DNA of 64,000 nucleotides from Eledone cirrhosa (Eukaryota): NCBI GenBank assembly GCA_964016885.1, contig OZ024742.1:153884001-153948000 (forward strand). Direction: 5' to 3'. The notes under the pieces were generated by a model, which was not told the DNA's origin, did not search any database, and saw nothing but the letters and a program-made list of their open reading frames with translations. The position numbers and the translations under genes were made by a program. This document shows, piece after piece, positions 26,692 through 41,500 of the stretch (position 1 is the stretch's first letter; each line of letters begins with the position of its first letter).

Positions 26692-28332
26692 ATGTATATG
26701 CTAAATATGTGTTCACATCAATGAGATGTCATGTGTAAAGCTATTATATTCTACCTCTCTTAAATCATTAGCTTATAACATCCCTAATTGATGAATAGAT
26801 ATGTTAAATATAACAACCAAGTTTGTCTCACTGGACTATGCAATCGTTAGATAAACTGTTTGAAAGTGAGACGGATCAATCGCTAATGCAAACCCCTCAT
26901 ATGCATTTGGATAACTTTGCAAAAACAACAATATTTCTTAGCCAAGATGGTGCGGGTTTTATGTTCTGGCTCAGCCTACGAAAATTAGCAGCTATAAAGT
27001 CTTCATTGCATATTTCTTATCCAATTAAAGGAAGGAACATGAAATGTAACTTAAAAAAATAAAGAAGACGATGATGGCTTGATCACATATGTTTATTTAT
27101 TTGCTGAATCAAGGCTGAGCAAAAGAACTGCGTTAAATGGGGCTAATAATCTGTTTTTGGACACCCTTCCAATTACTAAATGTAAAATACTGTTGGAACA
27201 CCTAGCTAACACATAAAGAGAATATCCGATGAATAAACGAGCGGAAGTGTTGTGTATCGCATTACAGCGACGGGGAAAATGCAATATGTCTGTGTGTGGT
27301 TATATGTATGCCAATAAATATGAATTTCGTGAATTGGATGAACAAAATTTAAGTAAATATAAAGCAGTAACATTTTTATGAAAATGAATATGAAAAGAAG
27401 TATTTTTTTTTATTTATAAGCTATATATTAAAATATGTAGATTTAATATCCGCCAAAATATCGAAATACCAGTGGAATTCTATTGCTGCCTTCGTTTAAC
27501 AAATTTATATGTATATAATTTTAAAGAAAATTGGATTATCATAAAAATAATACAGAAATTCAATAGCGATACCAAATTTATATATACTTTCAAATATGCA
27601 GATGTTATGATCACACTTATTATTAACGACAGTTTCAAACTGCTTTACGTAGAAATATATCCAACCTATTTGGAATTTAGAAAGAAATGTGAATATAAAA
27701 ATAGATTTATTTATAGCTTATGTAATAAACGAAATAATTAGCCTATTCATATAATAAGAATACGCAATCTTGAGAGTTATACAGCCATCAAAATATGCCA
27801 TGAAATAAAAAATATACAGAAACATTAAGAATGGCAAAATATATATTCCGAATGTCAAAAATAATATAAAATATATCTTTCAAAAATGAAAAATTAAAAA
27901 TAAATCTAACAAATATTTACTCGTCAAGAAGGAACTGAATAATAAAAGTGTATATATGATTAATTGCATTGAAATAAGAAATATATCGCATCACGCGCTA
28001 CACATGTAATCACAAGTTGAGAACCTACGAGACCTTGATATGAGATGCAAAAAAGTCCAAATATCTCTAAATTAAAAAATTAAGATCTTAATAGAAGGAA
28101 ATATTGGTTAATATAATACTAGTTACACTGAAAGAAAGATGGACTTGTTACGGCTGAAAGGACGTGTATGTGTGTATGCATATATGTACTTTCCTATGTA
28201 TACGTACGTATGTATGTATGTATGCACCTATACATGTATGTATGTATGTAAAGATGCATCAATGTATACATATACATATGATTGAATATTTACATGCATC
28301 TATATATGAATGTATGAATTTATATATATATA

Positions 28333-28448
<116 letters not shown>

Positions 28449-28480
28449 TATACATATATATATATAATATATAATATATA

Positions 28481-30302
28481 TTTCGTTTCTGAATTTGTTT
28501 AGCAAGATTATTTATCTGAAATCGTGTGTTGAAACCGATATTGTTATACTTTGGGAGAGTCATGTTGCCAATGAGAAACACACGCACCTGTTGATTTCAC
28601 CTCAATTTATTATATATTTATAAATTTATAAATTTACAAATCTACAAACTTATAAATTTCTGGTTGGTTGGTTGGTTCCACAACCAGATAGTTGTTTATA
28701 TGTAGTCATAGTCCTTTCGTCACACACTCTGTGACCTCTTCAGTGAATGGGGATTCCTTTCTTTGTTTATGTGCCTTTCCTTTCTTCTGTCTTACGCCAT
28801 TTTGTTTCTGTGTGTGTGTTGTGTACTCAGTTTGCGCATGCGCCACATCCGGGTGTCTGTGTGTGTTTGTGTTCATTTATCTATTTGTTTATTTATTTAT
28901 TTATTTATTTACATGTTGTTGGTTGGTTGTTTGTTCTATGTGTGTGTGTGTTTTCATTTTGTCCTTAATTGTAAGTTGTGATGTTGCTGTTCCACTCATA
29001 TTTTCTATTTAATTTTGGTTGTAATTCTTTTATGCTTACTGCCTCTGTAATTTGCCTAAATATTCCATCTTTTCTGTGTGTGGATTCTATTTTTATTTCT
29101 ATGTTCTCTAATTTACCCTTGTGTTCTATCTTAGCATGTTGGTAGAGCACAGATGATTCTTTATTATCTTGAAGGTCTCGCCAGTGTTCATTTATTCGTT
29201 CCCCTATACTACGAGCTGTCTCACCTATGTACACTATACTTTTGTTTCTACATTGTCCTTCAGTACATATTATGCTATACACTACATTTCTAGTTTTACA
29301 GTTAATATGGGGGCTTATTTTACAGGTTATACATTTCTTATCTATACATGAGGGTCTTTGGAACGGGTATGTCTTTCTAATAAGTGTTTTTACGGAGGTA
29401 CCTGGTCTTTCTACTATCTTAATATTGAGGAGTTAATGTTTATTTAGGGCCCTTCTAAATGTGTAGGCTAGTTCGCCTCTAGGGGTTGTATTGATGAACA
29501 TTACACTCTGGTATTTATTGTTATCATACCATGAGTTTATTCTATTGGCCTTGTTCCTAGTTCTTTCTATTCTATTCCAAAATTTGCTCCTATACAAGGG
29601 GCAGGTCCCATTTATGTCATTATTTACCATTTTTTCCCATTTGGTTCTGGCTCCTCTATACACTCTGATTCTATCTCTCTGATTGTAGCCAGAGAACTGC
29701 ATACGGTGGATGAAGTGTTGTATGTGTCTCTCTAGTTCTTCGGGGTTGCACATGCGGGACACATTTCTCTACACCCGTACCAAATCCGCAATCAGTATGT
29801 TGATTTTGGTATGGTCCGAAATGGCCGAGTTTCGGTGGATCAGATGTTTGGAAGTCATGGGTTTGGCATAATGGGAATGGAGGATTTGTTTTTGGTTGTT
29901 AATGGTATCTAACCAGAGCTCTGTGTCTAGTACAGGTAATCGATGGTTGGGGTGTCTACTTGGGTAGTCTATAGTAACTCTAATGCTCTGGTGGATGGAG
30001 TTTGCTATTTGCTGGATGCTTTCCATTGTGTTTTTCTCTAGTTCCTGACTGTTCTTTAGTGGTGGTGTCTTAACTACGATGTTTATATCATCTACGTAGC
30101 GGGAGTACATTATCAGGGTTAAGCTGTCTTCTAATTGTTCTTTAAGTTTTTGTTTAAGTCTACTGTCCCCCCATACCATGAATAAGTTAGCTATGTCACC
30201 TGCAAAGCTAACACCAATGGCTGCTCCTTCCTCTTGGGCATATATTTTACCATTATGTTTGAACATATGTTCCTTAAGGGTTAATTTTATGCTGGCCCCT
30301 AC
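28481..30302 (-). mobile_element. Naiad-like PLE family A, inverted 3' copy (RT C-term, GIY-YIG, pLTR, ORF start)
   Basis: Reverse complement of 32395-34155; ORFs 29769-30266 (YSRYVDD), 29433-29762 and 28965-29282 (VYIGETARS..LNRKYEW); ends in (TA)n. Confidence 0.92.
28704..28748 (-). ncRNA. Minimal HHR variant in pLTR of family A
   Basis: ATTCA-CTGAAGA-G-GTCACA-GAGTG-TGTGAC-GAAA-GGAC-TA-TGACT. Confidence 0.7.
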
Positions 30303-33300
30303 CTAAAATGAACTTTAATTCTAAACATAAAAAAGAAGATCTATAGAGAACTAAGTCATCAAGAAAAACAAAAGCGTAACCTAATACAAGAAATAGCTAG
30401 AATCACCATACGAACAGAGAAACTAATTTTTATAAGCCTTATACGCCCCGAAGAACAGTACATTACGCAAGAATGTGATAAGCACTTTAACAGGAAACTA
30501 AAGTGGCTTAAACAGGCAAAGCTAAATCAGGATACTATAGAGTATACCAATAGATATCCCGACAAAATTGACGGTATCAACATGGCCGACACCTCATTAT
30601 CAGAAGAGTTCAACAACAAAAACACCAACATTTATGGGAACGCAAAAATAGATAATGATGAAATGTCTGTGTTATGTCTGCCGCCCAAATTTGCGACATT
30701 CAAGAAGGTAAATATGATTAGTTGTCTGTCAGAAATAGAAAAATCATTTACAAAACTACGCTGGAGCATCAAAAACAAAAGCATCAATATACGCACACAC
30801 ATATACAACACACATCCCAACAACAACAGACACACAGACACAAACAACAATAACAACAACACACACATCAACAACAACAACAATAGCAACATACCCACAA
30901 ACAACAACAACAGTCACGCAGACACAAACAACAATAACAACACACACAACAACGATAACACACACGGAGACAACAACAACACACGTCAACAACAGCACAC
31001 ATCAACAACAACAACACACGCGCAGTCAATGCCTCTCACCACCACCACAATCTTAACAAACACACAGACACAGAAAACAAGTAATGACAGTAGCACAGAA
31101 ATCAGAGAAATAAGGGAAAGTAATAAGATTAAAAGGAAAAGGTGATGGGAGACTAAGGAGAAAGAGAATAACCAAGACGAACACACAGACACACAAAATA
31201 GGGTAGATCACAACATTGAGCCAGTGGAAAGAGACAGGAGTAATTATGAGAGATATAGAAACAACCATGAGGCTGTTGGTGGAAATAGAAATAGAAACAG
31301 CACAACTAACAATAACAATAGCACTAGTACACATAAAGCAGCAGCCTGGAACTCTCCGTTTTATAATCCCTCCGATAAATCATTCGACCTGCGACGAGTC
31401 CTCGCCACGACTTTACCATTTAACAAATGCACGCAGTTGCCGTCGCAGGTCGATGAACAAACAGAAGCACAATTTAGTATAACTAAATCCGAACTTAGAA
31501 ATATTAAAGAACAGTATAGCAAGAAGCATAATAGAAAAGAGGCCCAGCAACTGGGAGAAAAATCTGCAAATGGTTTGCGTAAGCTCATGCAGCGCTCACG
31601 CAATGGAGAGATAGCATGCTTTCCAACAGACAAGTCTGGCAGAATGTCGGTTGACAACCTGCCAAACTACATCCAGGCAATGCAACCCCACACCACTAAC
31701 ACAAGAGAGGTAACACCACAGGAGCATGAGGATAGAGAAAAAGCCCTCAATGCCCATATGGTGATGTGGACGAATATAATGCAGCCCAACAAAAGGACTG
31801 CCAACAACTTCCAGGCCTGGAACAATGACGTGCCGGCGTTGTATGGGCTTCGAAAAGACCATAAAACGGGCTGTGACCCTGTCGCAGGACCACCAACACG
31901 GCCAGTATGTGGAGCTAACATTGCTAGTAACTACAGACTGTCCTACTTCCTCTCCCTGATCATACGCCCCATCATTGAGATGTCCCCAGATGTATGTGAC
32001 AGCACGGAGGACTTCCTCAGCAGAATCGGCGTGAGTAACCGATCTGGGGACCTAACAAACTGCATAATAGGCAGTATGGATGTTGTGTCCCTGTAGCCAT
32101 CTATTGACGTGTATTTTGCTGTGGAGAAATGCGTAGAAATGATCAGAGAGAAAGGTTGAGTTCCGTGGGATTGATACCAGTGAGCTGGGACTTCTACTTA
32201 AGCTTACCCATAGTAATAGTTACCTAGACACTTATGACCTTAGCAACCTGTGCCCTACAAGACCAGCAAGAGGCAGACCACCTACCGTAACCTCAATGGC
32301 CAAGAAAACCCACACAGATAGATGGAACGGGTGGACCAGAGCCATACGGACACCCGAAAACCACGATGAACTGAAGAAAATGATTGCACATGCAGTAGGG
32401 GCCAGCATAAAATTAACCCTTAAGGAACATATGTTCAATTTTAATGGTAAAACATATGCCCAAGAGGAAGGAGCAGCCATTGGTGTTAGCATTGCAGGCG
32501 ACATAGCTAACTTATTCATGGTATGGTGGGACAGTAGACTTAAACAAAAACTTAAAGAACAATTAGAAGACAGCTTAACCCTGATAATGTACTCCCGCTA
32601 CGTAGATAATATAAACATCGTAGTTAAGTCACCCCCACTAAAGAACAGTCAGGAACTAGAGAAAAACACAATGGAAAGCATCCAGCAAATAGCAAACTCC
32701 ATCCACCAGAGCATTAGAGTTACTATAGACTACCCAAGTAGACACCCCAACCATCGATTACCTGTACTAGACACAGAGCTCTGGTTAGATACCATTAACA
32801 ACCAAAAACAAATCCTCCATTCCCATTATGCCAAACCCATGACTTCCAAACATCTGATCCACCGAAACTCGGCCATTTCGGACCATACCATAATCAACAT
32901 ACTGTTGCGGATTTGGTACGGGTGATGAGAAATGTGTCCCGCATCAGCAACCCCGAAGAACTAGAGAGACACATACAACACTTCATCCACCGTATGTAGT
33001 TCTCTGGCTACAATCATAGAGATAGAATCAGAGTGTATAGAGGAGCCAGAACCAAATGGGAAAAAATGGTAAATAATGACATAAATGGGACCTGCCCCTT
33101 GTACAGGAGCAAATTTTGGAATAGAATAGAAAGAACTAGGAACAAGGCCAATAGAATAAACTCATGGTATGATAGCAATAAATACCAGAGTGTAATGTTC
33201 ATCAATACAACCCCTAGAGGCGAACTAGCCTACACATTTAGAAGGGCCCTAAATAAACATAAACTCAATATTAAGATAGTAGAAAGACCAGGTACCTCCA

Positions 33301-33728
33301 TAAAAACACTTATTAGCAAGACATACCCTTTTCAAAGACCCTCATGTATAGATAAGAAATGTATAACCTGTAAAATAAGCCCCCATATTAACTGTAAAAC
33401 TAGAAATGTAGTGTATAGCATAAGATGTACTGAAGGACAATGTAGAAACAGAAATATAGTGTACATAGGTGAGACAGCTCGTAGTATAGGGGAACGAATA
33501 AATGAACACTGGCGAGACTTTCAAGATAATAAAGAATCATCTATGCTCTACCAACATGCTAAGATAGAACACAAGGGTAAATTAGAGAACATAGAAATAA
33601 AAATAGAATCCACACACAGAAAAGATGCAATGTTTAGGCAAATTACAGAGGCAGTAAGCATAAAAGAATTACAACCAAAATTAAATAGAAAATATGAGTG
33701 GAACAGCAACATCACAACTTACAATTAA
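30303..33728 (+). pseudogene. Disrupted PLE polyprotein (RT + GIY-YIG), family A
   Basis: LPPKFA, PTDKSG, LYGLRKDHK..RPVCGA, GSMDVVSL*P, QEEGAAIG, YSRYVDN, LPVLDTELW, HYAKPM, PLYRSKFW, NVVYSIRC, YIGETARS, LNRKYEW; stops at 31143 and 32094, further stops and frameshifts downstream. Confidence 0.92.
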
Positions 33729-33944
33729 GGACAAAATGAAAACACACACACACATAGAACAAACAACCAACCAACAACATGTAAATGAATAAATAAATAA
33801 ATAAACAAATAGATAAATGAACACAAACACACACAGACACCCGGATGTTGCAGATGCGCAAACTTCGCACACAACACACACACAGAAACAAAATGGCGTA
33901 GGACAGAAGAAAGGAAAGGCACAGAAACAAAGAAAGGAATCCCC

Positions 33945-33989
33945 AGTCACTAAAGAGGTCACAGAGTGTGTGACTAAAGGACTATGACT
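33945..33989 (+). ncRNA. Degenerate HHR in pLTR of family A (core mutated)
   Basis: AGTCA-CTAAAGA-G-GTCACA..TGTGAC-TAAA-GGAC-TA-TGACT; perfect stem I but two core substitutions. Confidence 0.5.
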
Positions 33990-34157
33990 ATATATAAACA
34001 ACTATCTGGTTGTGGAACCAACCAACCAACCGGAAATTTATAAGTTTGTAGATTTGTAAATTTATAAATTTATAAATATATAAAAAATTGAAGTGAAAGC
34101 AACAGGTGCGTGTGTTTCTTATTGGCAACATGACCCTCCCAAAGTATAACAATATTA

Positions 34158-34248
<91 letters not shown>

Positions 34249-34313
34249 ATATACATATATATATATATAATATATATATATACATATATATATATATACA
34301 TACAGAGAGAGAG

Positions 34314-34356
<43 letters not shown>

Positions 34357-34382
34357 GAGAGAGAGAGAGAGAGAGAGAGAGT

Positions 34383-34431
<49 letters not shown>

Positions 34432-35189
34432 GCAGGCAGAGAAAACCATACTGCAGTATGTACATGTGCGCGCTTTATTTTGTTTGATCTTGTGCGCGTC
34501 TCTGTGTTTTGTGTGATGAGTGCTCTTTGGAAAGAGACCAATTCATGTTTTAACAATTACCTCTTTAGTCTGCAATACATCATTTAATTTCATCTGAAGG
34601 GACATTATCTGCAGTACGAAATCGTTTTGTGTTGTGTATTGAGAAAGCGTTGTTGTTTTGCCATCTCAATGAGTTGATAGGTTTCGCTCAGTATTCTTGC
34701 AGACCATGTCTTATTTATAATTAAAAGCAGCATAAATAAGTTTGTTATATATTTGTATACTGGAAAACGAAACACCGATTTGAAATTGAAACATCTCAAA
34801 CGAGCCCTTATTTCATTGAATAATAAACACGAGATAGTCTCTCTATAAATCCTTGTTTTTTAATTAGAACTACATGAAATGTACAACCACATTTTATTTC
34901 CATATTAAGTAAGTACTTTGCAATATAATTTATTTAGCAGTGAATCATGAAAATGGATTGTATCACTAATCGTATAGACTTGTAAACTAAATTAAATTGT
35001 TCATATTGGCACGATTTATTAGTTTGTCAACCAATAAAACAAACAGCAAATTAGTCACGGAGAGAACATAAATATAACATATATAAGCGGAAAAGATGAA
35101 ACGAAATTTCATTTCTCACTCTTAGTACGGCTGTTACTTAAATATAAGTTTGTATACGTACATACATATATGTATACAGAAGTACAGTA

Positions 35190-35232
<43 letters not shown>

Positions 35233-35237
35233 CATGT

Positions 35238-35359
<122 letters not shown>

Positions 35360-35477
35360 GTATGGATTCACCGAAGATTTATTATAATGCTCGGTGTGTT
35401 TGTAAAAAAACATCCCGAATTAAGCCGTACAGTGTCTAGCAACCATCGTTGCTCACTTGTTCAACACTGACAAAAGA

Positions 35478-35520
35478 ACGCTATACTAGTTTCAAGCATA
35501 TTAGCTATCCTCAGCAACGT
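35478..35520 (-). ncRNA. Minimal type I HHR
   Basis: ACGTTG-CTGAGGA-TAGCTAATATGCTT-GAAA-CTAG-TA-TAGCGT. Confidence 0.65.
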
Positions 35521-35836
35521 ATACCTTCCTGCCACATGATTCAACGTTTGAAAGTATATATTTTCCTTATGCATATTAACCGCTGAGCAGCCTAATTTGC
35601 ATATCGAGGGAGTTAATCGGCCGGGGCACCGAAAACGATAAACGGAAAAAAATGAAACGAAATTTCATTTCTCACACTTAGTGCGGCTGTTACTTAAATA
35701 TAAGTATGTATACGTTTATCGTTTTCGGTGCCCCGGCCGATTAACTCACTCGATATACAAATTAGGCTGCTCAGCCGTTATTATGTATAAGGAAAGTATA
35801 TACTTTCAGACGTTCAATGATCTGGTAGGAAGGTAT

Positions 35837-35879
35837 ACGTTGCTGACGATAGCTAATAAGCTTGAAACTAGTACAGCGT
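35837..35879 (+). ncRNA. Minimal type I HHR
   Basis: ACGTTG-CTGACGA-T-AGCT-AATA-AGCT-T-GAAA-CTAG-TA-CAGCGT; palindromic ACTAGT stem III; GUA site. Confidence 0.78.
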
Positions 35880-37789
35880 TCCTTTATCAGTGGTGAAAAA
35901 ATGAGCAACGATGGTTGCTAGACACTGTACGGCTTAATTCGGGATGTTTTTTTACAAACACACCGGGCATTATAATAATTGTTCGGTGAATCCATACGTA
36001 CATATATATATAGGTGCATGTATGTATATATATATATACATACTACTGTACGTCTGTATATATATATGTATGTACGTATACATACTTATAACATATATAA
36101 ACATATTCATAAATATACAAACACTCGTAAACTTATATAAATAAATACATACATACAAATATATTTAAAATATTCGATGTGTGTGCATAAGAACGAATGT
36201 AACTCTCTATAACACACAGAGACATACATATATCTCTATAACTTAGAGGTGTGTTTCATAGGGAACACTAGGCTCCATCGTTGATGCTTGTAAGAATGTC
36301 ACTTCTACCACAGGTCACCAGCAAGGTGACTCTTCCGACTAACTTCTTATTGCGTTGGTTCTCAGCCAGTCCACCCTTTAATATCTGGTACCTGCATGAC
36401 CCGACATTGGGTGGTTCAGTTGAGTCTATTGTAGAGGATCTTCCAGGCCTAAATCTACTCGGATTATAAATTAACCTGTCCATGTCAGACGCCGTAACAC
36501 AGAACTACAAAGAAGCTGAATTTCAAAATGCCGTACACCGCATCTAACCTGCTTTGACTTGGTCTAAGCGAACGATGAAAGACACCCTCTATATTCACGG
36601 TTATAATTTATGTCAAGCCATATGATAATTCCTGGAGACCAAGCTTGCAAACACGTGGAGGATGACAGAGAGATTGCTCCGCATTGAGGCTCACTCGGCG
36701 TACATTATCTTGCCGAACTGATTCAGACGAAATTCCCAATTAAGTTCGGTGGCATCGGCCTCCGATTAACTTTCAGCCATGAACAGCTGGCGTATGTCTC
36801 AAATCTTTTCCTGTCGCACCCACTACTTTCAGGCGCATTCTGACTTTCTTGGATCAACAGCGTGTCCACTAATGCGGTTCAATGTATTTTACTTTATGTT
36901 TGACATTTGTTCTTCGTTCCATAGTAGTGTAGATAGATGGTTTATGTCATTGCATAACATTATATAGGAATATATATCAATTGGATCGCAATATATTGAA
37001 ACAAGTTCTACTGCAAAACGCAACGTGGTTTCGGTCGCAGACTGTTTGCTTCATTAAATACGCAGTTCCTTTATTTTATGGTGCTGATAATGAGAGTTAT
37101 GTTACGTTGATAATTAGAATTTTCTCAGTAGTATATTATTTATCAATCCATTGTTTTCCAATAGCGGATTAAAATTATTCGTTGTATTTAGCTTGAAAAA
37201 AGATGAATAGAGATATAATGTTTTACACAAGAAGCCTCGTTCACTGTTTAACGTACTCTGTGTGACTCATCTGCTACTAAGAAGACGCAATTCTAGCTTA
37301 AAATAATTAATATTATATGAGCTGCATTTGCAGAAATTTCACGTTTGGAAGCATGTGGGAATTGTGTTACCAGTTTCTGTAATAATAGTATCAATAAACG
37401 TTGACGTAAAACTAATACTCTTTGTAGACATGGTTTAAAGAAAGACAGACGAAAAATGTCTGACGAAATGAATACTTCAATGAATTCGGTGCAATCATTC
37501 ATTTGGAAACAGAGACCTGATGGATGTGAGGGGATAGACAATGTAAAAGAAATATTTATGTTAGATCTGCTTTCACTCGACAATTCATAACACATATACC
37601 ACTTCATTTGCATTTGAAAATTGAATAACAAGGAGTTATGTAAGTGAAAAAACCAGCTGGAAATATTCCGTTTGAAGTATGTATTTATCAAACTACTACT
37701 AAGATTTGATATATATTATTTGGCTATTCCATAATTTATATGATACTATTTCTAACATTTCCATCGTATATATTTGCGATATAGAGACA

Positions 37790-38170
37790 ATGTAGGCGGT
37801 GAATTAGCAGAGTTGTTAGAACGGCTGATACAATGTTTGCGGTAATTCTCTTAGAGTTCAAATCCTACCGGGGTCAAACTTACGTTTCATCTTACGGGGT
37901 TATGTAATATAAATTACAATTCCAGTGCTCGGGTCGATATAATATAATTTCCCTTCCCTTTGAAACCAACATCCTTCTGCCAAGGTTATAACCAGTATTT
38001 TCTGGTGGTGAATAGGCAGGATGTTTAGGGCGTTGGATGAAACGATATGCCTTTTTTTTTTGTTTTTCACTTTTTTATGTTTTGAATTCAAATGCCGCTA
38101 AGGTTATTTCTACCTTTCTGCATTCCGTAAACGATACAGTAAAAAACAAGTCGATTACTCTATCGAGTGT
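37790..38170 (+). mobile_element. Two diverged SINE copies
   Basis: GAGTTCAAATCC and GAATTCAAATGCC B boxes followed by degenerate family cores. Confidence 0.6.
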
Positions 38171-38639
38171 GTCGTTCTCCTCAATATTATTATTGATTGT
38201 GTTATTCCACACGTCTACAAATCCGCTCTTGTACGTTTCTTGCTTTTCACTTGTTTTCAAAACAATTTATGGTTTAACTTTTGTTGCAAACTCTAAAAAG
38301 GCATAATTTGCTCTAAAAAACGTGACCCAAATATTGTACGTATCCAAACCACGCCGCTTAATAGGAAAAAACAAAGAGACACAAATTCTTTCACCACATC
38401 CACAGAACTTAAACAAACACATCATGCACGTACTAAGCGTGAGTCATATTGTTGACAAAGCCTCAGACTCGGGCCATAGTCATAAGGTGAACAATGCCAA
38501 CGTTATCCCTACTAACAATTCAGACACCACTACAAACAAAACTGCCATTGCCGCCACCAACAACAGCCACCGAAGCAGCAACAGTGCCAGTAACTGCAAC
38601 AACAACAAAAACGATCAGTCAACCGTTAAAGCTGCTAGC

Positions 38640-41500
38640 CTCCGAACAAGCAGAGAAACACAAGCTATCCAGGAAGCCAGTAACACATTGATATTCATAT
38701 AAAGTCAGCCACTTCATTCACCTGAGTGACAAAGTATACATAGAAAATGATTCTCAGTAAGGAGGAAGTAAGGAAGATATAACATTGTCAGAGTAATTAT
38801 CACACATCCGTCGGAAGTGATAGGAAACAACATTCTTTGTATAGTAACATACTGCGCTATTCGGTCTAAATCTTAGCGGATAGAGCGGGCTGCCGAGACT
38901 CAAATGCAGAAAGCTTTGTGCGTGTAGATACAGTCGGTGTAATTATTGCCAACCCACATAAAGCGCAATCCAACTCCCAAGAACCACTCAGGAGCTAAGA
39001 GGTTATTCTACTTGCCAAAGTTTGGTAATAGTTGGAGGGATCCAGATATTAGCTGTAACAGCCATTCCATGGCTCATAGCAGCTGCCATTGCAGACGTTC
39101 AAGAAAAGGACTAACTAGTTGTCAATAGATTTAACAGAGAAAACTGGTCTGGAAAGGGGATTGAACTGCCCATCCATGTAGACCAAAGTTTATCAAGACC
39201 AACCCCCAGATAATAGACGTTGCGGGCGGCACGCGCGTTCTCCTTCGCGAAGAAATCCAAAGCGACGTGTATGTGGTACAAGAACACACCTCAAACGTTT
39301 CTGCTCGTGCTTAGCCATGAGAGAAAGAAGGCCGCCTCTTCTTCCAATACAAATTTGACAGCTGAAAATTACACAAGCACATAGAAAATAAAATACAACA
39401 ACAACGGCAGCATCACTAGTAGTATGAAGGGCACCAGCAAAGACACTAGCACAAACATCATATCAGCGATATAAACAGCTGCAGGCACAGTAGAGTTGAA
39501 GGAGCAACTTGGCAAAGTGGGATATGTAATCAGTGTCATTCATCACCGCAATTACCACCATTGACAACAACACGAACAGAGATATGTCAAATACGACCCA
39601 ACCCACATCTTCAACAATAACAACAACAAGAGTAAAAACAACAATAAAGGCGAATTATACAGCCAAAAATATGACAAACGAAAATTTCACGTACTAGATT
39701 AATCAACACAGAAATGATAGAATGAAGAACCACATCACACGGACAAGAACTATACCGAAACACATAAAATTCATACCAACTAGGCAAGGCATATTCACAA
39801 ACTTTAAATTGAAATCCACAAATCCAACTGGAATATTCCCATTCTCCAATGGGATATGCAACGCTATTCTCGTGGAAGTACCCACAATTAGCAGTATCGG
39901 CCTTCCTTCCCCTACACGAATAAGGTAAGAATTCTGTCTCACCATTCATCATTTTCATCAAACATGGCCTCACACAGTATAGTCAGTGTAAATTGAGGTG
40001 GACTGCCCTCGCTTTGGAAGACTGGTTACCTAGTTAACGATCTCAGGCCATGAACAGAAATTTCCGAGTCTTGAGGCTTCGCCCACATATTCGGCAGCTC
40101 CGAGGTGTACGCATCTCACAGGGATCTAGAATCTGGAGGCGGAGTCATTGTGTTGCTTCACAAAGGCCTGGATTTCACGATAGGTATCATTTTCCGAGGC
40201 TCAGAATATACGTTGATGGTGCTGGACATAGCTAAAAATGAAGGACATGCCTTCAGTCTAGTGGCTGTTTATTTCGTGACAGAAGCATGAGGGCCAAACA
40301 TATTCAGCCAACTGGAATTTTCTCTGAGCGTCCCGAACGCTGATACTGAGTGGGGCTGTTATATAGAGAATGAGGATTCAACTGACAGTTCCTTGAATGT
40401 GCCGATGTGAACCTGGATAAACTGCATGGCATGTACATATTGTAGGGAAGTAGAGAATATTAACTTATTTTGTCCACAATTCAAAGTAGTTTACCACACT
40501 GGCCACCCACTTGTGATATATGTATTTCACTTGGGCTTCATAGACCGTGTCCCAGATACTGGAAGATGAACGCTTCGTTCCCCGCGAACAATTCACCGAG
40601 AAATCGGATTAGTGCACTAGTTGACGGAGGAAATCGGCAAAAATAAATAGTGTTTCTCTCTGCGAACGGCATTTAGATTAGAATCGATAATGTCGAGTCA
40701 TGAACTTGTTATCTAACAAGTGCTGTGTAATAGTTTAATTATTTAACGACAGCCAGTTATATCAAAAACATGTGATTGTGATATGATAGGCTGTCGTGAT
40801 AAGTGTAGATATATAGAAAACCAGACTAGTGGGAGATCTAAAAAAATGCTTATGGTCATTCGGCAAGGTGTTGCAACCGACATGCTGCGAGATTTGATCT
40901 CAACGATTTTTTTCACGTGAAGCACGAAGGTTGAGTTATCAGAAGCAGGGCAGCCAGATTCAGACACATTTTAGTCCCGTTTTCAGTGAATTCTTCGCTG
41001 CAATTCACAGCGAAATTTTGGTGATCAGAATGAACATTCATCTATCGGAACCGTTCAAATATCATACTTTTGGCTCAGCTAGTTTGTCCCATCTCGTCCT
41101 TGTATTGATTCCAGAGCTTCTACTGACATATTGGAGTGGTTGATGGCATCGCCTCCGAACCATGTTACGGAAAATCCATATCAGTAGGTTTCAACGGCAT
41201 AAATATGGTGAGGTCGAGCAGCAAAAACACCTAAGTGATCGGCACCGCTGACAGGGTGTGCGAGGCGATGACAGGAGCGAACATGTTTCAGGAAAAATCG
41301 CTGGACAAAAATGGAGAGGAGTAACGCGTAGTATAGTCACTCTTACTTGTAATATAAAGAGATTTAAGCAATCTTCATGAGTTATTTGTTAAGAGTTTTT
41401 TTATGCTCTTCATGGCCCTGGTCTCCAATATGTAAATGATTTTTGTTGTGTTTGTTGTTGCTGATATGGTCTCCGGAATGTTTCTTTTAATTAGTGTTTA
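38640..41500 (+). mobile_element. Decayed L1/Tx1-like LINE fragments
   Basis: APE-like SGGGVIVLLHKGLD..LMVLDI..FSLVAVY (40105-40290) and YWKMNAS (~40557); boundaries approximate. Confidence 0.55.

Larger units (their letters stand above)
30303..34155 (+). mobile_element. Naiad-like PLE family A, main copy (5'-truncated)
   Basis: RT + C-terminal GIY-YIG followed by pLTR 33729-34155 and (TA)n. Confidence 0.92.

Noticed and set aside
31143-31145. In-frame TGA in a Naiad-like ORF as possible selenocysteine (some Naiads encode selenoproteins)
   Set aside because: It lies in a non-conserved low-complexity region, the copy has other stops and frameshifts, conserved Cys positions in both families are TGT/TGC, and no SECIS was seen.
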